A stretch of 64,000 nt of DNA from the IMG/VR virus record IMGVR_UViG_3300042387_002391. One strand, given 5' to 3'. The notes beneath the pieces are model-generated. The model made no database searches. It saw only the letters and a list, made by a program, of their open reading frames with translations, and was not told the origin of the DNA. The stretch is from a virus. Position 1 is the first letter of the stretch. The number at the start of each line of letters is the position of its first letter. This document shows, piece after piece, positions 46,869 to 56,930 of the stretch. The position numbers and the translations under genes were made by a program.

Positions 46869-47756
46869 TTATTTTTTTAAAGCATTTCTAGCAATGTCTT
46901 CCATCTTCTGATATGTCAAAACTGGTGTATCTTCATTAGTTTTTAGAATTTCTGAAAAGGCGTTCTTTGCACTATCTAGCTCCGATTGCAGCTTAATTAT
47001 TTTTATCGTTGCTTCTTCAAGTCGATCTGTAACTTGCTCTAAAATGGAATGTGCCTCGTCGCGTTCTTTTCGGGTATCGTTCCATAAAGCGATTGTCTCG
47101 TCTATTGTTAGCTCCTCTGCTCCCATTGCAACCATTAGTCGATCAAATTGAACTGCTTGCTCGCTACCGATTTCCACAGCTTCTTTTAATTTATCAACCA
47201 ACCCCCTGCGTTCGCGCTGTAAGGCGAGATGTTCGTTCATAAACTCAACACCACGTTGAGTTAGCTTTCCGACCATGTCTACCGCCTCGTCGTGCTGTTT
47301 GTGTAGTAGGACACAGTTATCCCTTGATAGAGCAAGGCAATCCCTCGCGGCATCAGCTTGTTTCTTCAATTTTTTAATCGCTGGTAGAATTTGCTCATGA
47401 ATGCTACTTCCTAAAACAGCACCAATCTCTTCTCCTATTTCTTGGGTTTGTATTTTATTAAATTCAACAAGAGCAGATTCTTTCCAATCTTTTAATTTGT
47501 CTTGCTCATCCAATAAATCATTATTTTCTTCGTCTAACTGCTGAGTCAAAGTTCTCAAGCCACGAAAGTTATAAATCCACTCAGCACATTTTTTCCGTAA
47601 TTCACTGCGCTCTGATTGAAGACGTTCTATTTCAGTTCGACAATCAATAATCAAATCCCTCACATTATCATGAATTGCTAATTCAGGATTCCACACACCA
47701 CCTGACAACAAGTAGTCTTTAATTCTTTCAATTACATTTGTTTTTTGTGTATTCAT
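46869..47756 (-). CDS. Mosaic coiled-coil protein with ERDEA-type modules
   Basis: QADAAR, QHDEAV, KERDEAH. Patchy higher GC. Confidence 0.65.
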   Translation of the reverse strand: MNTQKTNVIERIKDYLLSGGVWNPELAIHDNVRDLIIDCRTEIERLQSERSELRKKCAEWIYNFRGLRTLTQQLDEENNDLLDEQDKLKDWKESALVEFNKIQTQEIGEEIGAVLGSSIHEQILPAIKKLKKQADAARDCLALSRDNCVLLHKQHDEAVDMVGKLTQRGVEFMNEHLALQRERRGLVDKLKEAVEIGSEQAVQFDRLMVAMGAEELTIDETIALWNDTRKERDEAHSILEQVTDRLEEATIKIIKLQSELDSAKNAFSEILKTNEDTPVLTYQKMEDIARNALKK

Positions 47757-48097
47757 TCATTATCCTTCCACTTTCCAATTATTTTTACAAATTCTTCTGC
47801 TCGGTGTTTTGTGGTTATTTCAATACCTTTATCACGAATCTCCAGTATTTTACATATATACTCATCATAAGAAATATCATCAACCCCTAACAACCATTTT
47901 TCTGCTTTTTTCATTGAGTACTCATCATTGCAATAATCTATTTTAGAAGGATCTAAAATATAATTTAGTTCTCTTTTAACTGGTGTGCGACATTCATAAT
48001 CTTTGTAAAAACTCTGACGAAATACTTGTAATTCCTCAGAAACAAAAATAAAATCACAAATAGCTTTATTAATTTCTTCGTCTGACATTTTATTCAT
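47753..48097 (-). CDS. Phage ABA-sandwich-like family protein (divergent)
   Basis: MSDEEINKAI...DYCND..M..AEK.L...RAEEFVK.IGKW. Confidence 0.6.
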   Translation of the reverse strand: MNKMSDEEINKAICDFIFVSEELQVFRQSFYKDYECRTPVKRELNYILDPSKIDYCNDEYSMKKAEKWLLGVDDISYDEYICKILEIRDKGIEITTKHRAEEFVKIIGKWKDNE

Positions 48098-48201
48098 TAA
48101 TCTTTATTTTTAAAAGTTTCTCCAAAGAAATATCCTAAAATAAATCCCAAACCAACTAAAAGTAATTGAATAATTTCTGGTTCTCCGAATTTCATAAAAT
48201 T

Positions 48202-49540
48202 TTAATTTTCGTGAACAATAATTTCTTTACATAGATTATAATTCAGCCATGCTTTTGCTCTGAACAATGATTCAAATGCCATATCAGATCCATGTAAATT
48301 CTCAAAATTGCGCCACCAAAATAAAAATTTATACTGCGGAAAATATCTTCTTTTGTTTCTGCTGTCCACAACTTCAATAATGCGTGTCTTCAAGTATTTT
48401 TTCATACTTTATTAAAAACTCTAATTCTGTAATTTTGCTCGTCTTCTAAAAACGATACTTCAAGTTTTTCGATACAAGCATCTGTTAATATTTCTTTATA
48501 AGAATCTTCATCCAATTTTATTGCGGTAAAATGTCTAATTTTATAACCATATGATCTTAATTTTATTAGAATAAGCTCTTTTAAATAAAGAACGCTGGTA
48601 GTTGCTTCTAAAAAAGAAATTTTAAATTCTAAAAAAGTTTGATTGTTTTTCATGTTTTTAGGTTAAACTTTTTCTATACAATTCTTCAATTATCTCAGGA
48701 AGCAATTTTTCTACAACTATACATATCTCATCTCGAAGTTCTTGAGTGTTCTCTTTACCCACGTAAGATTCTAAAGATTCTTTTAGTTTCCTCTTATAAT
48801 AATTTGAATTATCAATTTCTTTGCTGTTCATTTCGAGTTCGATCGTTTGTCATCCTATTATATTCCAATCTTTATCATAAGTTGGATACATCGGTGCTTC
48901 CATTCCTGGTTCGTATCGTAAACTGTCAAGTCTTTCTATTTCTTTCTCCCCTAATTCATTCCAAAATTCCAATACCTTTATGAGTGATTTATAATCAACC
49001 CCGTGTATCATTCTATACCTGTTGGATAATTCATAAAATGCACAAAATACTTCATCTATTTCCGTTTGTGAAGGGATTTCATTCATATTAAGGACTTGTT
49101 GTATCTGGAATTGGATTGCTAGTGCTTAGAGGTTTTTGCCACATTGGATCTCTTCTTATACCAATTTTTGCAAAATCTTCATCAAACTTAGCTTTCTTTT
49201 CTCTCCATTTTTTCTGCATTAGCCATTTTTTCTGTTCATTAATGTCTTGTTTTAAATATTCTTGAAAAGAATTCCAATCTTCTTCTGTTATTCTTGGATC
49301 AACTTCATCAAAGAAGATCATTTCATTTTCGCCTGTAGTTTTCAAAGGAACTGCTTCACTTGGATAGTTATATTTTGCAGTAACTTCAATATTATTAGAA
49401 GCAAGTGTTCTCAAAAAATCATCATATTTTTTAAGAATTAGAAATGAATTACCACCAGCATTCATAAGAGCTTCACCAAGTTGCATGAAGTTTTTTAGAT
49501 ATAGATTCACGTTTTCTTCTTTTGTTAGTATTGGTTTCAT
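48202..49540 (-). other. Cluster of small hypothetical genes (48202-48405, 48402-48653, 48850-49086, 49088-49540)
   Basis: Closely packed minus-strand ORFs with no recognisable motifs. Confidence 0.55.
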
Positions 49541-49541
49541 A

Positions 49542-49856
49542 TTATTCCTCCCATTTTCCGATTGTTTTCATAAATGCTTCTGCGCGTTGTCGAGATGTTT
49601 GATGCCATATTGTACACGATGCCCAGCAACTTTCATGTGGGGAATATGCTAAAAAATCCGAGTAAACACGAACTTGTTCTTTCGTTAATGTCTTCTCCGC
49701 TTCGTGCATTGCGTTGAGGTCTTTGCAGTAGTTTGGGATTCCCTCCTTGTATTGACAAGGACCACCATTTGGTGGTTTTGCAAATGTTTCTTTGTAGGTA
49801 ACGAACTGCCACCCACACGCCTCCGCAATTGCGATGTTGATTTGTTCGTTTGTCAT
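49542..49856 (-). CDS. Phage ABA-sandwich-like family protein
   Basis: MTNEQINIAIAEACGW...PNYCKDLNAMHEAEK...QRAEAF.KTIGKWEE. Start at 49856 via ATGA overlap. Confidence 0.7.
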   Translation of the reverse strand: MTNEQINIAIAEACGWQFVTYKETFAKPPNGGPCQYKEGIPNYCKDLNAMHEAEKTLTKEQVRVYSDFLAYSPHESCWASCTIWHQTSRQRAEAFMKTIGKWEE

Positions 49857-50107
49857 TTCGCGCCTTCCTTGAGCTTGTCGAGTTCGGCGTCCCAATTTTC
49901 CTGCACGGAGAAAGTTAGGGTAGCGCAAACGACCTGAAGTTCTTGATAAAACTCGTTTCCAACTTTAGCCCGCAACTTACCCATTGACGCCTCGGCTTCC
50001 CACTTCGTAAGTTCGAACCCGAGAGTTATGGGTAATCCGCGAATGCGATTTTCTACTATTGCGTAACCGGCCTGAGAAAAATTCCGAGTTGATTGCCGTT
50101 CACTCAT
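49853..50107 (-). CDS. Hypothetical protein ending ...KLKEGAK
   Basis: Higher GC, ATGA-coupled at both ends. Confidence 0.6.
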   Translation of the reverse strand: MSERQSTRNFSQAGYAIVENRIRGLPITLGFELTKWEAEASMGKLRAKVGNEFYQELQVVCATLTFSVQENWDAELDKLKEGAK

Positions 50108-50451
50108 TTCTCGCCCCCCTTGAGCTTGTTGATTTCTACATCTCGATAAACTTGATCAAGTTTGTCGCGGAGCTTGGCGTTCTCTTTCTCTAGTTTACCT
50201 ACATGGAATGCGGAGCAAAGTAATTGTCCGGAGATGCCTGCGATTCGCCCACGCGCCTCAACTAATTCATCTAATGTTTTGTCGAGTTCCTCCTTTTCTT
50301 TAAGATACTTCCCCCGCGCCTCGTCGCGCTCGCTCAACAATCTATTTAGTTCATCTGTAATATCTTGTAAATCTCCAACATCTCCCTTGTTGTTTGGTTT
50401 GTTAATCCATCTGTCCTTGAACTGATCATTAACTAATTCGTATTTACTCAT
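50104..50451 (-). CDS. ERDEAR coiled-coil protein ending ...KLKGGEK
   Basis: SERDEAR motif, ATGA-coupled. Confidence 0.6.
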   Translation of the reverse strand: MSKYELVNDQFKDRWINKPNNKGDVGDLQDITDELNRLLSERDEARGKYLKEKEELDKTLDELVEARGRIAGISGQLLCSAFHVGKLEKENAKLRDKLDQVYRDVEINKLKGGEK

Positions 50452-50490
50452 TTCGCGCCCTCCTTGATTTGTTCGTTTGTCATGGTTTAG

Positions 50491-50519
50491 ATATTAGAGA
50501 TTATTTGAGGGAACGTCAA
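50491..50519 (-). promoter_or_regulatory. Early sigma70-type promoter
   Basis: TTGACG-N17-TAATAT-N7-ATG(50483). Confidence 0.75.
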
Positions 50520-51042
50520 GATTTTTCTTAGCAAAAGCCATAGTAGAACCATCAGAATGTTTTACTAAAAATTTTCCGTTCTTGCATTGCTTCTGTACAG
50601 TACAAACCTGTCCAATATATTTTCTATATTCTTTAGTCATATATAAATCATTATTTCGATTAACAATAACGTCTTGTTGTTCTGTGATAATTTTTTCCAT
50701 TTTGCTTATCTAAGCCAATCAGAAATATCCCAATAACTTTCAAAACCTATAAAATATTCTCCTCTGTTCCAAAATTGAAATCGTAAACAACCAACCATAA
50801 TAATAAAACAACATCCATTTAATTTTGGCGAAAGTATCTCAAACCCTAGTCCAAAACTTCTAACAATCTTAAATGTGAATTTATACGTCTTTATCATGTT
50901 TTCATTTTTCCTTAATAAACCAACGATACCCCCAAACAAATAACCAAAAAAGAGTCACTACATACATCCAATGATTTTGAGTTACGCTTGTAGCAATGTA
51001 ACATAAAATCATTATAGCAAAAGCAGAATCAGAGTTTTTCAT
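50494..51042 (-). other. Small hypothetical genes (50494-50700, 50706-50897, and a 46-aa membrane peptide at 50902-51042)
   Basis: Packed minus-strand ORFs. The last is hydrophobic (MKNSDSAFAIMILCYIA...). Confidence 0.5.
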
Positions 51043-51463
51043 AGTTTTGTTGTTCATTTTTATTCAAAAACTGACAATCACTCAACCAACAATCACAAAC
51101 CAAACATTCTCCATTATGATCTGGATTACAAGGCAATTGAAAAATATTACCAACTACTTCAAAGTATTTCATGTAGTCCATCAAATCTTCAAAAGTTTCA
51201 AAAGCATTCTTACTTCTAACTCCAAATGATGCCCTGTCTTCAAGCCATATAACTTCCCCAAAGAAGTCTACATTTCCAGTATAGCCAAATCTTACTCTGT
51301 CACCTTCATAGATTGGTTTTTTGTTTTTGTCGTAGAGTTCGGTAAATTGCTGAACGATGTACTTCTCATCTTCAAACAAATCAGTATATGAACATTCTTT
51401 GACATCAATCCAATTTAATTTTGTATCGTCCCATGCTCTAAATTTTAGTTCTCTGTTATTCAT
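51029..51463 (-). CDS. YopX-family protein 2 with Cys-rich tail
   Basis: ELKFRAWD...QQFT.L.DKN.K.IYEGD...EVVGNIF, then PCNPDHNGECLVCDCWLSDC. Confidence 0.85.
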   Translation of the reverse strand: MNNRELKFRAWDDTKLNWIDVKECSYTDLFEDEKYIVQQFTELYDKNKKPIYEGDRVRFGYTGNVDFFGEVIWLEDRASFGVRSKNAFETFEDLMDYMKYFEVVGNIFQLPCNPDHNGECLVCDCWLSDCQFLNKNEQQNYEKL

Positions 51464-51897
51464 TTTTTTAAAAGTTCACTATGTTCGAAGATGTTTCCAA
51501 TTACTTCATAACTATAAGAAAGATATCGAAAATCATCCATATCATCATAACCTTTATAAGCAATTAGAAAAGCAGCTTCCACTTCCCACCAAATTACCTG
51601 TCCTACCTCTAACCCGCCATCAATTGTTTTATAATCTATTTTCCCATCCTTAACATAAGGACGAGTAAAACTTCTTTGAACATTGACTATATCACCTTCA
51701 TATATTTCTTTTCCATTTTTATCTTTCAATCCAGTGCATTGCTGAAAAACTACATCCTCAAATTTAGCAACATCATAATAATTTGCTTCTCCTTGACAAT
51801 CATAACCAATGTTATCTAACTCAAAATCAATGCTTCTCAAATCCACAAAACGTTTTTCCATTTTGTGCCAGACTCTATAATTTGGAATTTTATTCAT
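51460..51897 (-). CDS. YopX-family protein 3
   Basis: QQCTGLKDKNGKEIYEGDIV...EVIGNIFEHSELL. Confidence 0.9.
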   Translation of the reverse strand: MNKIPNYRVWHKMEKRFVDLRSIDFELDNIGYDCQGEANYYDVAKFEDVVFQQCTGLKDKNGKEIYEGDIVNVQRSFTRPYVKDGKIDYKTIDGGLEVGQVIWWEVEAAFLIAYKGYDDMDDFRYLSYSYEVIGNIFEHSELLKK

Positions 51898-52192
51898 GAG
51901 GAAATAATGTTTCTATGCCATTTTCCATAGCGTTTTTTATTTGTTGCCATTTCTTTCTATCTTCATTTATTAGGTCTTTTTGTGTTTGCTCAATTTCTTC
52001 TCGCTTTCTGTCCCACACTTTATGTTGTTCCCACCAATCTTTAATATACTCTGGTATTGGAGAATTTTCTTCTTCTAATTTGGTTAAACATTCACAAGCA
52101 AACCTCGTGGTTAGATCAAGCTCAAGTGATATATCGTGTACATCATCTTTTAATTTTAATTCTAAATCGGAATATCCACTATGGCATGGCAT
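51890..52192 (-). CDS. Hypothetical protein
   Basis: MPC...WW..HK..D..R family motif. Confidence 0.6.
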   Translation of the reverse strand: MPCHSGYSDLELKLKDDVHDISLELDLTTRFACECLTKLEEENSPIPEYIKDWWEQHKVWDRKREEIEQTQKDLINEDRKKWQQIKNAMENGIETLFPHE

Positions 52193-52197
52193 AAGTT

Positions 52198-52593
52198 TTA
52201 ATTTTTCTCCAGTTCATTATTTAAAAGTTCACTATTTTCGAAGATATTTCCAATTACTTTAAAGTTCGGCAAATTAGTTATCAAAGGTGTACCATATAAT
52301 CTTGCATCTTCCATCTCCCAAAAATTATTACGCCACCTTACAGTTTGAGTATAAACAATACCATCTAGCTCATATCTTACTATGTCGCCTTCATAAATAT
52401 CATTGCTTTCATAGTCTTTTAGTCCAGTAAATTGCTGGATAACATATAGTTCAGAAGGAATATCCCATTCCATTGTACTCCAAGGGGCAGCATGGACTTT
52501 CTTGCCATCCATTTGAAGATATTGACTATCTTCACATAGCCAGCGTTTCATTAAGTTGCTCCAAATGCGGAATTTTAGTTCTCTGTTTTTCAT
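52198..52593 (-). CDS. YopX-family protein 4
   Basis: ELKFRIW...QQFTGLKD....IYEGDIV...VIGNIFENSELL. Start 52593 follows TTGACA-N17-TAATAT-N7. Confidence 0.9.
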   Translation of the reverse strand: MKNRELKFRIWSNLMKRWLCEDSQYLQMDGKKVHAAPWSTMEWDIPSELYVIQQFTGLKDYESNDIYEGDIVRYELDGIVYTQTVRWRNNFWEMEDARLYGTPLITNLPNFKVIGNIFENSELLNNELEKN

Positions 52594-52625
52594 ATGTTTG
52601 ATATTATATTTTATTTCTGCAAATG

Positions 52626-52967
52626 TCAATTTTTATTGTTTAAAAGTTTACTATTTTCGAAAATATTTCCAACTATTTCTATAATGTTATCAATTTCTGA
52701 TATAGGAACAACATCTCCATAACCTTCGTCAATATAAAACATACCCATATCAAAAACAACTTCTCTAATACGATCTCCTATTATTATGATGTCTCCGTCA
52801 TAAATTTCTTTACCTTTGCGATCTGTCATACCAGAATATTGTTGCACTTCGCACCAATATAAAGGAAAAGAATATTGAGCAAAATCTTTGAATTCGACAT
52901 TGTAATCAAATTTTTTCTGATCGTAATACCAGACTCGAAATTTTAATGTTCTTTTATTCATTATCAA
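52626..52967 (-). CDS. YopX-family protein 5
   Basis: LKFRVW...QQYSGM.D.KGKEIYDGDI...EIVGNIFEN. Confidence 0.85.
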   Translation of the reverse strand: MIMNKRTLKFRVWYYDQKKFDYNVEFKDFAQYSFPLYWCEVQQYSGMTDRKGKEIYDGDIIIIGDRIREVVFDMGMFYIDEGYGDVVPISEIDNIIEIVGNIFENSKLLNNKN

Positions 52968-53349
52968 AAACAGTCCCGATTACTTCATCAAATACATTAA
53001 TTAGTCCAATTGGATTACCTGATTCATCAAATCTGTATGTGGTAATTGGATATGATTTACCATTAGTATCCTTTAATCTGAAAGAACCCAAATTATAATC
53101 AAAATAAACTTCTGCTATTTTTCCTTCATATATTATTCTTACTACATCACCTTCCCAAACTTCATTTCCTTTAGAATCTATGAACCCAGTAAATTGCTGA
53201 ACAATAAATCTATCTGGTTTATTCAAAATTTCATTTAAAGTATAAGGAATACCTGTAACGTCTCCGATATGATAATACGTCGATGATTGAGATAAAAAGT
53301 TCTTATTTTTAATATCCCATACTCGAAATTTTAATGTTCTTTTATTCAT
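52954..53349 (-). CDS. YopX-family protein 6
   Basis: LKFRVWD...QQFTG..DSKG.EVWEGDVV...EVIG.VFD. Confidence 0.85.
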   Translation of the reverse strand: MNKRTLKFRVWDIKNKNFLSQSSTYYHIGDVTGIPYTLNEILNKPDRFIVQQFTGFIDSKGNEVWEGDVVRIIYEGKIAEVYFDYNLGSFRLKDTNGKSYPITTYRFDESGNPIGLINVFDEVIGTVFDNE

Positions 53350-54367
53350 TTAATTTGTATCAATTTTCCGCTTTTATCGTATGCGATTGGGTCAAAGTAT
53401 ATGTTTCCTTCAGATGTCTTAGCAAAGACTTTTTTAATCTCGCTTGTAAATGGATTAATAATTTTATAAAGAGAAGCATAAAAAGATTCTTTTTTATTGC
53501 TCCAAATCCACTGAGATTCCATTTCAATAACCTTAATATAAACTTCTTCGGTAGGTTCTTTTGCAAAAATTTTCTTGTACCAAGGCAGCTTTTTGAATTT
53601 TATTTTTTCGTCTGTCATGGTTTTGTCCAAATTATCTGCCCATCTTCAACTTTCTGTACTAGACCTGCTTTTACAAATTCTAGTTGATTTTGCTGTTTTA
53701 GATAGTTGGTTACTATTGAATATGTAAAAATTATAACAATTGCTACTAAAATGTATACAAAACAAATTACATCTCTATGTGATGCGGATTGGTTACTCAC
53801 AGAAGCTCCTTTGCTATAGCAAGTGCTTTATTTGCCTTTTCAACATAAGTTTCAATATAATAATTGTCCATACAAGATCCATCGCATGATGACCATGGTC
53901 CGCACGAGCCTTCATGTGCTTTAGGTGGACAATAATGTTCAGCAATTCGCACTAAATCAGGCATAGCGTCTCGTAGTTCTATAGCCACTCCTCTTGCCTC
54001 ATCACGCTGACGTTCCAAATTACTAATCCTTCGTGCAACTTCGTTAAATATCTCTTCTTGATCTGTGGTTGGACAATCTCGCAAAAGACAGATAAAGTCA
54101 GAGTTTGTCATTTCATAAAATTCTGTATTCATATGCTTGATATTAGAGATTGTTTGATGAAACGTCAAGAATTATTTTAAAAAGACTGCATTCGTTTTGA
54201 GTACATCGTCAGTGCCAATTTATTCGTTCAAAAACAACTGCTAATCTACCCCATAACCATACAATCTGATTCCCTGAGTAGAATTTAAACTTGTGAATTT
54301 TCAGCCACGACCAGCCATACCCTCTTGAGTGCCAGTCAATTCGTTCAAGTTTCCAGTTCATTTTCAT
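53346..54367 (-). other. Small hypothetical genes (53346-53630, 53615-53800 membrane, 53797-54132 QRDEAR/Cys-rich, 54209-54367)
   Basis: Starts 54132 and 54367 lie 7 nt after TAATAT boxes that have TTGACG -35 elements. Confidence 0.55.
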
Positions 54368-54474
54368 AGGTTTAATATTATAGATTATTTTGGAAACGTC
54401 AAACTTTTTACCGTATTTCTTTCCATCCTCATAATATTTCCCCAATAGTGAAATCTTCTGTCATAGTATTGAGT

Positions 54475-54654
54475 CTTTTCAATTACTTTAAGAGATGCTT
54501 CTGCTTGCTCTTCAGCTAAAGAAAAAGCCTCATCAACTCCGCATATTTTTGTTAGCTCTACCACTTATCTAATATAAGGTGATTCGTTTGTTAGTTTACA
54601 CAGATTAACTAGTTTATTCATCGCATCGAGATTATTGATTTCTTCGTCTGTCAT
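54475..54654 (-). pseudogene. Decayed ABA-sandwich-like paralog
   Basis: MTDEEIN-NLDAM...(TAA at 54565-54567)...AEEQAEASLKVIEK resembles the ends of the intact paralogs. Confidence 0.45.
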
Positions 54655-54664
54655 ATGTTATTGT

Positions 54665-55054
54665 TTACAAAGTTCCTCCTTTTAGAACAGTTTCTCCAAT
54701 AGTAAAATCAAATCCATGGCCATAATAACCATTGTGAGAATTAAAAATATGAATGTATTTTTCAGCTCCATCTTTTGTAATTTTAAAGATTGCTATTCCT
54801 CCCTCATCCAAATCTTTATGACTTTCAATGAGTAATTGAAAATTAGTATCAAAAACCCAACCATCATACCCTTCTGTTTTCTGATAGTTAGAAATATCTT
54901 CTGGTAAGCGAGTTTGCCAAGGAGTATCGTCAATAAACCAGTCTGCATATTCGCAGCAGTCTTGACTCATATCGTACCCTAGAAAAACATTGTTTTCGTC
55001 AACAAAGTTTATTTTGTTACTCCAACGGTTAGGATTTTGTAAGAATATTTTCAT
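54665..55054 (-). CDS. Hypothetical protein (QDCCE...NSHNGYYGH family)
   Basis: TTGACA-N17-TACTAT-N7-ATG upstream. Confidence 0.7.
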   Translation of the reverse strand: MKIFLQNPNRWSNKINFVDENNVFLGYDMSQDCCEYADWFIDDTPWQTRLPEDISNYQKTEGYDGWVFDTNFQLLIESHKDLDEGGIAIFKITKDGAEKYIHIFNSHNGYYGHGFDFTIGETVLKGGTL

Positions 55055-55093
55055 GCGTTTAATAGTATAATGTGTTTATGGATATGTCAAGTT

Positions 55094-55510
55094 TTATTCT
55101 TCCCATTTTCCGATTGTTTTCAGAAAAGCCTCGGCGCGTTGAATTGCAGTAGCGTGAATGTTTAGGAATTGGTCATTTAAATCCAAGGTTGGGCTTGTGT
55201 CTAATACTTGCGCGAGCATGAACGCAAAAAGCGTTTTTCTGTTTTCAGGTAATCCCTTCTCCGCTTCGTGCATGGCGTTGAGGTCGTTGCAGTAGTCGGG
55301 AATATGATCAATACTGATATGCCCATCTCCATGCCAACCGTATTTAGTGCATTCGTCCTCTGTCATATCAGTTGATGACGTTAAGCTCCAAATGGGAGTG
55401 TGATACCTAGCTGGGGTTCGCCCCCATGATTTAGGATAAGTGGTGAATTGCGTGAATTTAAGCCATCCACACGCCTCTGCGATTGCGATATTGATTTCTT
55501 TGTTTGTCAT
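55094..55510 (-). CDS. Phage ABA-sandwich-like family protein
   Basis: MTNKEINIAIAEACGW...PDYCNDLNAMHEAEK...QRAEAFLKTIGKWEE. TTGACT-N17-TAATAT-N7-ATG upstream. Confidence 0.75.
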   Translation of the reverse strand: MTNKEINIAIAEACGWLKFTQFTTYPKSWGRTPARYHTPIWSLTSSTDMTEDECTKYGWHGDGHISIDHIPDYCNDLNAMHEAEKGLPENRKTLFAFMLAQVLDTSPTLDLNDQFLNIHATAIQRAEAFLKTIGKWEE

Positions 55511-55542
55511 GGTTTAGATATTAGAGATTGTTTGAGGAATAG

Positions 55543-55809
55543 TCAATCTTTTTCTATTAATTCGTAGCTTTCCCATTCATAGAATCCTTTGTTTTTGCAA
55601 CAAACTAAGCCGCCTCGTCCTAGACATATATCACAAACTTTTTTATTTTTTTGTATATTAAGTGATTTTATAATTCCATTTCCTGTACACATACTACATG
55701 AAGTTGTAGTATAATGTCCACAGAAATACTCAACTTCTCCTTGTCCTTTACATGAAGGACAAATCAAAAGATTATTTGTTTTTATCAGATTTTTAATAGC
55801 TGATGTCAT
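55543..55809 (-). CDS. DnaJ-type zinc-finger protein
   Basis: CPSCKGQG, CSMCTGNG, CDICLGRG. Confidence 0.7.
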   Translation of the reverse strand: MTSAIKNLIKTNNLLICPSCKGQGEVEYFCGHYTTTSCSMCTGNGIIKSLNIQKNKKVCDICLGRGGLVCCKNKGFYEWESYELIEKD

Positions 55810-56421
55810 ATTCTTTTGTTTCTAATCTATCCTTTAACCAAGCCTTCAATGCCCAATGGTAATATGTATAATTTGGATCCCCTTCATAATGAAAGAAAGC
55901 ATGACCAAGATCAAATATAACTTCTCTATAAATCTTTTCTTTTAATCTTTTTAAATGTCTACAGGTAACACTTCCCAAACAAATCGAAGACTCCATACCA
56001 AAGTCCCATACAAAATGCACTGCTCCTGTTTTTCTATCAACATAATAAACATCAAAATAGATAGGTTCTTTGCAAGTGAAATGACCTAATTCTTGGAATG
56101 TTTCTGGAAGATAGAGTTTCATTCTTTAAATGATACTTTGACTAGTTGATGACCAGCCAATGCAAGAAATAAAATACTGATTAAAATATTCATATTAATA
56201 TCTTTACTATGAAACATTACGCTACCAATTAAACAAAAAAAGAAGTACCCAAATACTCTGGATGCAATTAATAGATGATCTCGTATTAAATCCGACATAC
56301 ATGAGTATATCGTGTCTTTCTGTCTTTTTTCAGATTCTAATTGAATTGTTTGTTGTCTACTCTGAAAACATTTAAAACACCCACATCTATAAAGATGTAC
56401 TTTTGCATTATATTCTTTCAC
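55793..56421 (-). other. Two hypothetical genes (55793-56122; 56119-56421 membrane)
   Basis: Overlapping ORFs in operon. Confidence 0.55.
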
Positions 56422-56681
56422 TGTTGTTCAATTGTGACTGTTCCTGAAATTCTAACCAGCTTTCCATTCACCACAAAGAACCAACCATCCGAGCTTGATT
56501 CTGTATTTACAAACCCTTCAACTTTATATGTCCTTACAGCTTGTCCACCGGACCAAACTGTGACAATATATGTTCCACTAGAAAGACCATTCAAAGTTTT
56601 ATTGAGACTATTTTGAAATCCTCCACAACCTGTAAGAAGAATTGTAGACGCGATTGTTGTTATTAGTATTAGTTTTTTCAT
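56418..56681 (-). CDS. Putative lipoprotein
   Basis: MKKLILITTIASTILLTGC lipobox. Confidence 0.75.
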   Translation of the reverse strand: MKKLILITTIASTILLTGCGGFQNSLNKTLNGLSSGTYIVTVWSGGQAVRTYKVEGFVNTESSSDGWFFVVNGKLVRISGTVTIEQQ

Positions 56682-56682
56682 A

Positions 56683-56859
56683 TTATTTCCAAGTAAAAAC
56701 TGCTTCCTTCGAAATTGGTGTAGGCAGTTTCATTTCAGCATATCCCCTTTTGATTGCCTCTTCTTGTCGAGGATTTGTTACATAATTTGAGATTAAAGAT
56801 CCCATAAAGAGACAACCTAAAAATAATCCGATAAAAAATGCTGATAGTGTTTCTTTCAT
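56683..56859 (-). CDS. Small membrane-anchored protein (58 aa), missing from the ORF track
   Basis: MKETLSAFFIGLFLGCLFMGSLI...QEEAIKRGYAE...FTWK. Confidence 0.55.
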   Translation of the reverse strand: MKETLSAFFIGLFLGCLFMGSLISNYVTNPRQEEAIKRGYAEMKLPTPISKEAVFTWK

Positions 56860-56930
56860 ATTATTCTCTGATATCTTTAAAAAAGCATTTCTTCATATAG
56901 AGATTATTGTAGAGATTGTTTGAGGAATAG

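Larger units (their letters stand above)
49837..50483. repeat. Perfect 20-bp direct repeats flanking a two-gene, higher-GC insert
   Basis: ttgatttgttcgtttgtcat at 49837-49856 and 50464-50483. Confidence 0.85.

Noticed and set aside
48656-48853. Broken reading frames between 48653 and 48850
   Set aside because: Probably a frameshifted remnant, but there is no homolog in the window to support a call. The plus-strand ORF 48639-48983 is an antisense shadow.
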